This document shows, piece by piece, positions 55,801 through 64,000 of a stretch of 64,000 bases of DNA (positions are counted from its first letter, which is position 1; each line of letters starts with the position of its first letter). A program made the position numbers and the translations under genes. Source of the stretch: Hyaloraphidium curvatum SAG 235-1 (Eukaryota > Fungi > Monoblepharomycota); assembly GCA_025558095.1 (NCBI GenBank), contig JAIVFI010000038.1, positions 452,612 to 516,611 of the forward strand. Direction: 5' to 3'. The notes under the pieces are model-generated. The model was not told where the DNA came from. It searched no databases and worked only from the letters and a program-made list of their open reading frames with translations.

Positions 55801-56289
55801 ACCAGCACCACCGCGACGCCGAGCTCCTCGAGCGCGTCGGCGACGGCCAGCGGGACCCCGTCGACGACCTCTTCGACCGCAACACCCACCCCCTCGAGCA
55901 CATCGGCGACGGAGACCCCGACCACGAGCTCTGCGACCGCCAGCCGGACCCCATCCAGCACCACCGCGACGCACGCCCCTTCGACGACCTCGGGCACCGC
56001 GAGCCGGACGCCCCGCAGCGACCCCGCGCCCGGCACCTCGCGGCCCGCTGCATCCGCGCGCCGCACGACCGCGCGGGGCAGCGCGGCTCCCAGGCCGCGG
56101 ACCACGGTCAGGAGGAGGACGTTGGCGAGGAGGACGACGACGCGGCGGAGGACGACGACGCGGCGGAGGACGACGACGCGGCGGAGGACGAGCAAGCGGA
56201 GGAGCTCGGCGAAGAGGAGGACGACCGCGAAAGGGAAGACGACCGCAAAGAGGAGGACCACGTCGCGGAGGGGCGTCCCGGCGGGCTAG
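52841..56289 (+). CDS. secreted AA5 copper radical oxidase (galactose oxidase-like) fused to a Ser/Thr mucin-like stalk and Arg/Thr-rich tail, 1 intron 54587-54645
   Basis: HDAFCPG (cofactor Cys), PRGYN (Tyr), GGSWSG, PRCYHSSAVL (Tyr/His), STHSVNNDQR (His). The phase-0 GT-AG intron with gctgatc branch point joins in frame to the 54667-56289 ORF. Confidence 0.88.
54880..56010 (+). repeat. coding imperfect tandem repeats (TASRTPSSTS-type units)
   Basis: Recurring gccagccggacgcc.tcgagcacc / ASRTPSST units in the mucin stalk. Confidence 0.8.
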
Positions 56290-56437
56290 GCGGTGCGAGG
56301 ATGCTTGGCATGCTTGTTGATATCCTATCTATGTATCCGATCGCGCGCGGTGGACGCGATTAATTGGAAGCAGGCTGCGATCGATGGATGACGGGTTCCG
56401 CAGCGGGCGGCGATCGGTGCCGCGCCCAACCCCACCG

Positions 56438-57310
56438 ATGGGTCCCGCACGCCTCGGCGCGTCGCATCTCGCCGCCGCGACGTCTGGCTTCCTCCTCGCG
56501 CTCCTCCTCCTCCCCGCCCCGCCGTGCGCGCCGTGCGGGTGCGACCCCGCCGAGTCTTCCTCCCTCCGCGCCCAGCTGGATTCGCTGCGCGCGCAGTTCT
56601 CCCGCGCCGCGTGCCGCGACGAGAACGCCACGGCGGCATCGGGCGCGTGGTGCGTGTTCCCCTCTCAGAAGGGGGAGATGCTCGCGCCCGGGCACCCGAT
56701 GGCGCGCGAGCCGCACTGGCCGGCCGACGCGGGGATGGCGGGCTTCCTCCTCCGGCTGTTCCCGCCGGGCTGCGAGGTGCTCGATCTGGGCGCAGGCGTC
56801 GGGCAGTACGGGCACTATTTCGCGCAAAGGAACGCGTCGTTCTCCTGGCGAGGCGTCGACGGCGCGCTGAACGGCCCCGAATTCACGCGCGGGTTCGTCG
56901 CCCACGCCGAGCTCTCGGTGCCGATCGCGGTGCGGAGCGAGCCGTTCGATTGGGTCATGTCGCTCGAGGTCGCAGAGCACCTGCCGAAAAAGGCCGAGCC
57001 GGTGTTCCTGGACAACGTCGCGCGGCACGCGGCCTGCGGGGCCGTCATCTCGTGGGCCGTCCCCGGGCAGGGCGGGCACGGACACCTCAACGAACGCCCC
57101 GCTTCCTACGTTGCCGAGCGCATGAAGGAGCTGGGGTTCGTGGACGTGCCGGAGGCCACGGCGGACGCGAGGAAGGCCGCCAAGTACTGGTGGCTGCAGC
57201 GGACCGCGTGGGTGTTCCGGCGGGCGGAGCCCGCGAGGAGGTGCAGGCCGCTGCAAGGGTACCCGGACGCGGGGAGGACGGGGACGGTGAAGGCGGGACC
57301 GGGGCATTGA
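56438..57310 (+). CDS. class I SAM-dependent methyltransferase with N-terminal TM/signal, intronless
   Basis: GFLLALLLL; VLDLGAGVGQYG; FDWVMSLEVAEHLP; ISWAVPGQGGHGHLNE. Confidence 0.85.
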   Translation: MGPARLGASHLAAATSGFLLALLLLPAPPCAPCGCDPAESSSLRAQLDSLRAQFSRAACRDENATAASGAWCVFPSQKGEMLAPGHPMAREPHWPADAGMAGFLLRLFPPGCEVLDLGAGVGQYGHYFAQRNASFSWRGVDGALNGPEFTRGFVAHAELSVPIAVRSEPFDWVMSLEVAEHLPKKAEPVFLDNVARHAACGAVISWAVPGQGGHGHLNERPASYVAERMKELGFVDVPEATADARKAAKYWWLQRTAWVFRRAEPARRCRPLQGYPDAGRTGTVKAGPGH

Positions 57311-57351
57311 CCTGTATCCCGCAACCCGTGCCGCCAAAAGGGAGCCTCCCT

Positions 57352-58848
57352 TCAAAGCTTGAACGCCTGCATCGCGGCCTGCCTGCCCGGCACCGTCTTC
57401 GGGAACACGCCGTCCGCGACCATCCGGTCGAAGATGTCGTAGAACGTCTCCTCCTGCTCCGATCGTGGGCGTCAGCGGCGGTCCGGGTGGCAAAGCGGAG
57501 GGGAACCCACGGCATCCCAGTACCTGGTATAGCCGAGCCTGCGGACCTTGGTCATGGACTGCCACATTGCCTCGCCGTTGGAGTTGAAGAAGTACTGTAG
57601 GGGAGCGGCGGGATGTCAGGCCGCCCGCCGCCGCCCCGGACGAGCACGAACCTGGAGGAAATCCCACGGCAGCGCGGCCTTGTGCAGCGACGGATCAAAG
57701 CTTGGATCGTCCTTCCCTATGCCGCTCTTCTTGCACCCCTCGAACGCGGGTCCGATGGCGTCGTACGGGATCCGGTCCACGGCCAGCTCCGTCATCGTTC
57801 CCTTCTGGCCGCTCACCAGTTTCTCCATCTCCTGCAGCGTCGGCACCTCGCAGCCAAAGTACGCGCCCACGCGGGGCCACAGGTACCGCGTCATGTAGAT
57901 GTCCTCGCTGGCCGCGTTGAGCACCTCCCCCGCGCATTTGTCGCTGAGCGACGCCCAGAGGTTGAGGTCCGCGAGCAAGCGCGCGTCGGTGCCCTGCCCA
58001 AAGCCCCGGTACCCGTGGATGTTGCCCGGCCAGACCAGCGGCTTGCCGAGGAGCTTGTGGGCAAACACAAAGACGGCGAGGGAGGTGACGAAGCTCTGCT
58101 GGGACTGGCGCGTCCACCCGTAGATGCCCATCGGCAGGGTGACGGTCCAGGTGAAGCCGTGCTTCCTGCCGAGGGCGACGGCGAGGTTGTACTGCGCGGT
58201 GTAGAAGGGGGCGCGGCCGGGGGCGGGGCCCTCGGATTTGGTGGGCGGCGTCGGGATCTCGCGCTGGGGGAGCGCGGGGACGGGCTCGTCGGGGTCGCGC
58301 CAGTACCTGGACGAGATGGGGGGGGGAATGACACGTCAGCACGCGTGCAAGGCAGTTCCGAGGTTCGGCCGACCATTTCTCGCCGAGCTGGAGCAGCACG
58401 CGCTTGAGGCCCCCGTTGGTCGCGGCCACCACCGCCCGGACACATTTGTCGAACATGACCTTGTTGATCTCGGTCTCCTGCGGATGGCCCCAGCCGTCCG
58501 CCAGCACGTAGGCTCCCCTGCATCCGATCCGGGGCGGTCAGCAGTGCGAGTGGCACGTTCTGCTAGCAAACCGACCCACCAGTAGAGCACCGTCACCCCC
58601 GCGCACCCGGCCTCGACGAACTTGCGCGTGAGCTCCTCGACGCTCTCCTCCGCCAGGTCCGCCGTGGCCCACGACAGCTTGCCCCCCGTCTCCAGCACGC
58701 CCGCCGGCAGGTCCTTCTTGACCCAGTCGGGGTTGGGCGGCCGGCGCGAGGTGCCGACGCAGCGCGCGAATTCGTTGCCGGCGAGGATGCGCTCCACCAT
58801 GTAGGAGCCGGTGACGCCGTTGGCGCCGGTGACGAGCGCGACGGCCAT
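57352..58848 (-). CDS. PRISE (progesterone 5-beta-reductase/iridoid synthase-like) SDR, 4 introns
   Basis: ALVTGANGVTG; GTSRR; LQLGEKW|Y; PFYTAQ; FTWTVTLP; LVWPGN; TDARLLA; SMTKVRRLGY; ends AFKL*. Confidence 0.85.
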
Positions 58849-58989
58849 CTTTATGCGCGTTTGGCGGGCCGGGACAGCGGCGTTGGTCTGGGAGACACGC
58901 GGATGTGGCGGGCCAAATCCGCCCGGGGGCCAGCTCGCTGCGGTCTCATGGCCAATCTGGCGCGAATTCCGGATCCCCGGTTCTCGCTC

Positions 58990-59700
58990 ATGTCGTCCAG
59001 CGGGGAAACGTCGTCTTCCCCGCCGCTGACAACAGCGGCCCGCCGCTGTCGCCGCCGCGAAGCCAAGGACAGCGGTGCCGTCGAAGAGGACCGCGCCCAA
59101 AGGCAAAAGCGGGCGAAGCTCCCCCCCCACACTGCGCTGGAACTCGAGCTGTTTCCGCCGAATGAACTCCCCGGGAAGGAGCAGCGCGAGAAAGCGAAGC
59201 ATCCGCCAGTGCGGAAGCGCACCCGGGCCAAGGCGCGTCTGCGCTGCAAAATGGATGTGGACCGTGCCCACGAGCGGTTCTTGGACATTACTTCCAAGGT
59301 TGCTTCCAAGGTCCCCAACACCAAAGATTCCTCCGGATCGACTCCGGAGGACACGTCGAGCAACGCAGACGTGTACTCGTCGCTGCCCGTGTCGTCGACC
59401 GCGGACGAATCAGATCACAGGTTCTCCCCTAGTCTGCATCGACAGCTTGACGCTGCCGCGGCGCGACGGGAGGCACACGCTGCCACTTTCTTCGACCATC
59501 GCAAGGAAAAGTTCTCGTTTCGAGCTCCTGCTCGGGAACCAAGTGGGATCGTGCAGAGACCTGTCACCAGGGAACCGTACCTCACGTCGAGCGATACTTT
59601 CCCCGAGGCCGTGGAAGACGACACGGTAGATCAACCAGAATCCACAGGGTCAGATGAATCGCGGTGTTCGGGATCGGACGAATCGGTCACTTCCATGTGA
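58990..59700 (+). CDS. hypothetical basic/Ser-rich low-complexity protein
   Basis: Open frame with NLS-like RQKRAK and RKRTRAK; no domain recognised; start uncertain. Confidence 0.35.
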   Translation: MSSSGETSSSPPLTTAARRCRRREAKDSGAVEEDRAQRQKRAKLPPHTALELELFPPNELPGKEQREKAKHPPVRKRTRAKARLRCKMDVDRAHERFLDITSKVASKVPNTKDSSGSTPEDTSSNADVYSSLPVSSTADESDHRFSPSLHRQLDAAAARREAHAATFFDHRKEKFSFRAPAREPSGIVQRPVTREPYLTSSDTFPEAVEDDTVDQPESTGSDESRCSGSDESVTSM

Positions 59701-59851
59701 TCGAGGGCTGAACTCTTTCGACGCAAAGGTGAACGTCGCGTGGACGGACGTCGATCGGCGATGGCAGCCCGTGCATCTTTGCACGAAAAGTGGAGAGAAG
59801 ATTGCGAGGCCCAACACATGGTCGCAGCCGTGCCCAACTACTTGAAACACA

Positions 59852-62425
59852 CTAGAAAACCGTCCGCCGCCGGATCGGACCGACGGAAGCGGCCTCGACC
59901 TCATCCTCACGCATGCCAACACCGAGGTACCATCCCAAGGCGGTGACGCGGAAAGCCAAGGGGATCTTGGAATCGAACTCGACCTTGGTGCGGCCGTCGG
60001 TGCCGGAGGCAAGCTGCTCGAGCGTCGAGATTCGGATCTTGAAGGTGACGATGTAAACCTCGGCAGCGTACTGCCGCACATAGCGGGGTCCGTCGAAGAG
60101 GGTGCCGAGGTCGCCGCCACCGCCGTGAGAAAAGCGCTCATCAAACATTTGAATAGCCCGGACGGCTTGCATGTGGTGATGGTTCTCGACGATGTAGACG
60201 GATTCGAACACAAGGCTGGTACCCGAGACTTTCACCTGGTACAGGGCACGGACCATCAGCACGCTGCAATGCACACGCAAGCAAAGCGACGTACCTGCGC
60301 GTTCCGCAGCCCTGGCAGGCGGCACGCGGCGCGGAACACCTTCAATGTCGAACCTCGGTCCTTGGCGGCCTTCTTGCCGGTCACGAACGAGGCGGGAAGG
60401 CGGACACTCAGGTCGTCCGCCAGCTGCACCACCACAAACTCCGCGGTTGGGTCGCGCTCGTCGGGAATGGACGGACCGAGCCCGGTCATGGTGACGTGAA
60501 CGATCGGCTGCAAAGCGAAGCAACTGAGCGGGAAAGTATCGCGCGAGGGGCACGAATTACCTGAGAAATGTCGTCGAGCTTCCTGTCGAGCATCGCATCA
60601 TCCGCTTCGTCACCTCGCCCATAGTCGTGTTGGTGCAGGATGTGATCCTTCATCTTGCTTGTCAAACCTCCCTTGCCCTTGTCTAGCCAAGCCCACGGGC
60701 AGTTCAGAAGATAACACGAGTACTCGTCCTTGCCCGTCACTTCGTTTCTTCGAGTCAAGAAGAACTGGTGGAGAGGCGACGAATTGTTGCTGGTCAAGGC
60801 GGCCACGTTGATCTTCATTGACTCCTTGAGCTTGAAGACCTCGTCCGTGATCTTGGCCTGCGAAAGCCTGTGAGAACCGGGAAGAAAACGCGGTGCCGCG
60901 AGGCGGACGCACTGGATCGACTGCCTCGGTCCACCTTATTGGCTTGCGGCCAGACGATGGCCTGGATTTCGGCTCCTTCTTGGGCTCGGCTGGTTTCTTG
61001 GGCGCCGGCGGCTTCTGCTTCTTATGTAGCGGGTCCAGTGGTGGCTTTTGGTTTGCCCCTGCGCGCACAGTTGTCACGAGACGTGCAGCAAACGGGGGGA
61101 CGGCGCCGTACGTTTGAGCCCCTGCTGCTTCGTCGGTGGCGGCGGTACGGGTGGCTCTGCTGTTGCATTGAGCGGGAGCGTCACGACGACATGCAGCAGC
61201 GTAGGGGCGAACGGTACCTTACCTGATTCGGACTCCGTCGGAGCCTTGGGCGGCCCCTTCCCCTTCTTCGTCTTCTTCCTCTTCGGGTAGATGTCACTGT
61301 CCTCGTCACTGCTGCCCCCCTTCCGACGCTTGAGCTTGCGCCTCCCCGAGTTGTCGGTGTCGGAATCATCGTCTGTTGAAACGCCTAAGCACCATCAGCT
61401 GCTGTCGCTCGCCCAGGCGCGCCCAGCACGACTGCACGACCTACCACCACCAGTACGGCCACCGAACCCGGAGTCTCCGGTGCCGGAGTCCCCCGCGTCT
61501 TTGCCTCCCATGTCGCCCTCGCCACGCTCAGCCAGGACCTCCACTGGATCATCCTTGCCCCCACGGTCCTCGGAAGCTGCTCAAGTGGGGGCATGGTCGG
61601 TGGGTCTGCCGCGAGCCAATCTGCTTCCCGGCGAGACCAACCGTTCGCTGCGGCCCGGTCCGCCTCCTCGCGTTCCAGCTCATCCTTTTCCTCGTCCGAC
61701 GATTCTTCCGCCGGGTTGTCTAAAGAAGGACCAAGGCAAACGGCGCGAGTAAGAGTCCCCCGTCGCGTCGGCGGAAGACGCGCCCATTAACCGTCGGGAT
61801 CTGGCTCGAAGTACTTGCGAGCGCGCGGCTTTGCTCCGTGGGCGCCGGCCTCTGCTGCCTTCCCAGAAGCGGGCTGCTTGGGGCTCGAAGGAGACGACGT
61901 GCCGTCTGCCGCCGCGGCAGCCGAATGCTCGACCTGGGACGCCGCACCGCCTGTTCGGCATCTGGTGGTAAGCCAAGAACGTGCCCGTTCCGTGACACGA
62001 CCCATACCGTCGTCTGCACCGAATGGCATCGGAAAACCGGGGGACGACGGGCGTTGTTGGGCAGCGGGAGCGGCGTTCCGAGTTCCGGTCCCTGAGGAGT
62101 CAAACGAGGGGCTAAGTCTCATCGACGCGAAAGGAAGCTAAGGATGCTCACTGCTGTCCTGGTTCTTGCCGTTTCCTCCTTCAGACGGCGTGTCGGGCGC
62201 CGCAGGTGAGGCCGCTAAGCGCATAGGGGATATGTGAGCTCATGGGCGCACGTGCAGCGGAAGGGCGGAGACACTGACTGGCCCCGCGGTTTTCCGCACG
62301 CACGCCCCGAGCCGGCCTGCTGGGCGAGGACGTCGCGCTCGTTGCGCCTTTGCCACGTCCGCGTCCACCGCGTCCGCGTCCGTCGCGTCCACCGCGTTCC
62401 TGGGGGCCGCCGCCGCGTCCGCCAC
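59852..62425 (-). CDS. multi-exon protein with BED-type zinc finger and disordered NLS-rich N-terminus
   Basis: YSCYLLNCPWAWLDKGKGGLTSKMKDHILHQH (C-x4-C...TS...H-x4-H); exons joined by GT-AG introns near 60240-60292 and 60510-60560; RRKLKRRK and KRKKTKK; 5' exons tentative. Confidence 0.55.
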
Positions 62426-62593
62426 CGGTTTTGGCCTTAGCCGATCGCCACCCTCGCCATTGGTCGACTCGCACGCTGCTTCGCAGGTTCCGCGAGCGGG
62501 CCAAGGGAAAAAGGGGACGAGAAGTCAAAGGCGAAGGGAAGGCAGATGGAAGGAAAGCGGTCCTGCAACGGTGGGCGGTGTTCGCTTGACGCA

Positions 62594-63665
62594 GCCCTGG
62601 CCGGCGCAGTCGCCAGCAGCGTCCGCTCCCAGCGTTCTTATGATAAGAGACAATGCCCTTCTAACGGTAAAGGACGGCGCCTGGTCGAACGCGGCACGGA
62701 CGCTATCGCCACGCGCACCTCGGAATGTGAACCGTGACGAGGCTGGAGTGGCTGAAGTATGAACCCACGGTGGCTGAAGTATGAACCCACGGTGGCCAAC
62801 GCGTGGACGACCCAGTTCAATGTTCCCTGGGACGGGAGTATCATAGCGATGCCCTTGTATGATCTGAGCGGTGTTGACCTGCATGAAACTACACATCCAT
62901 CGCGAGAGATTTGTGTGAGTCCGAGCCGAAGTCGGCGTAATGCTCCGACACCCGCGGGCATGCACAAAAAAACGTTACACCACTCTTTAAAGTGTGAGGA
63001 ACGTGAACAGGGCTATGGTTCGTCCACGCTTCGCCGATACATAGAGTCAGTACCCCGTCATGTGCTCGCCAGTTCGATGCCGGCTACCGCTGTTGTGCTG
63101 TGCGTAGTGCGCAGCCGGCCACGACCTCTTTCCAGAGAGATCGGACGTCCGACCACGTGCAAATCGGCAGGCAAGTGTCATTTACCCAATCCGATGGCGT
63201 CACCGTTGTCTGGGCTCTGCGAGCGGACTCGTCTCAGGGCCCAGACGTGGGATACGGAGCCACGCCGGAGGTACCGGACGGCCGGGGTTCCCGAATACAC
63301 CTCCGAACAGGTACAAAAGCGGCAGGCAGGGGTTCTCTAGCCAATGTGGCGGCACGTTTGACGTCCGGGCCGTCCAATCGGATGCGGTTCGGACCCAAGT
63401 GGCGACGCGGGATGCCGCAGCGGGGGTACCGTGTCGCGGGGGTTGCCGAACTCCCCTCCGACCCCGCGCCCGTCGGCACTCAGGCGCGCTCCACCGAGTC
63501 CAATGGCATCATCGACAACCGGCACGTCCGATCGGAAGCAATTCGGTGCCCGGTTGCGGCGTCTTGTCGGTCCGGAGGCTCAGCGAGGGTTGCGGCCGTC
63601 GAAACACGCCCTGGTCGGCGCAGTTGCCAGCAGCGTCCGATCCCAACACTCTAACGATAAAAGAC
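62594..63665 (+). repeat. diverged ~58-bp direct repeats ~1 kb apart (62594-62651 and 63608-63665)
   Basis: gccctggccggcgcagtcgccagcagcgtccgctcccagcgttcttatgataagagac vs gccctggtcggcgcagttgccagcagcgtccgatcccaacactctaacgataaaagac. Confidence 0.75.
62748..62796. repeat. 22-bp perfect tandem repeat x2 plus partial copy
   Basis: gtggctgaagtatgaacccacg at 62748-62769 and 62770-62791, then gtggc. Confidence 0.85.
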
Positions 63666-64000
63666 GGTGACATTTCGAGTTCGACGCGCAGCGAGAGGGA
63701 GTGGCGGTGGTGCGGGAAAGAGATGGTGTGGTAGGAGTCCCTTCACTTGCCTCACTTGCCGCGGTTGGCGCAGCGAAACGGCGAAACGGGACACGGCAAG
63801 AACCGGCCTGGAGACACGGATGGTGTTGCAATCCATCCGTCAGCTCACATGTTCGTGCTGTCCACCGCATCGGCCGCGTCAAGCACCCCTCATCGCCCCC
63901 TCGAGCGCGATCTCCGCCAGCAGCTCGTACAGCGGCCGCGGCTGCACCATCGAGCTCGCCCACGACCCGGCAATCGCCGCCGATAGGAGCGGCAAGATCC

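Noticed and set aside
55161-56261. Val/Glu/Leu-rich repetitive minus-strand ORF resembling a membrane or coiled protein
   Set aside because: It is simply the reverse complement of the Ser/Thr mucin repeats.
59698-59946. Frame stays open ~80 codons after the TGA of the 58990 ORF (readthrough or selenocysteine?)
   Set aside because: No TGA-CTA readthrough context or evident SECIS; open frames of this length are expected at this GC; it overlaps the convergent gene.
62748-62796. Possible CRISPR array
   Set aside because: Only two adjacent 22-bp units with no spacers, no cas genes, and a eukaryotic context.
1-64000. Secondary-metabolite gene cluster or bacterial contig
   Set aside because: No PKS, NRPS or terpene backbone gene is present, and abundant spliceosomal introns exclude a prokaryotic origin.

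Overview
This is GC-rich, gene-dense eukaryotic DNA, not prokaryotic. Most genes are split by short (~45-70 nt) GT-AG introns with CTGAC/CTAAC-like branch points, so the ORF track fragments many genes and most long antisense ORFs are GC artefacts. The intron style and gene repertoire suggest an early-diverging zoosporic fungus, possibly Monoblepharidomycete-like (inference only). About 33 genes were reconstructed by eye. Enzymes: beta-lactamase-fold esterase, three Fe(II)/2OG dioxygenases, HtrA protease, two methyltransferases, FATP/Fat1 acyl-CoA ligase, class-III aminotransferase, alpha/beta hydrolase, thioredoxin, PRISE reductase, GH16 with Cys-rich repeats, AA5 copper radical oxidase with a mucin stalk and Arg/Thr tail, and an inverted pair of double-hotdog thioesterases. 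Membrane and signalling proteins: ABCC transporter, intron-containing MscL channel, an LRR-TM-SH3 receptor-like protein, and a tandem pair of 7-TM proteins resembling gustatory-receptor-like ion channels. Others: DUF3237, SSUH2-like, HerA-like P-loop ATPase, DUF707-like, double fascin-like protein, two paralogous secreted Cys-rich proteins, a broken SDR, and a lower-GC terminal region with a BED zinc-finger gene. The best leads are the 7-TM pair, the LRR-TM-SH3 receptor with per-repeat phase-2 introns, the extended MscL, the secreted Cys-rich family and the recurrent peroxisomal targeting signals. No rRNA, tRNA or CRISPR array was seen. All family calls come from motif recognition without database searches, and exon boundaries are manual.
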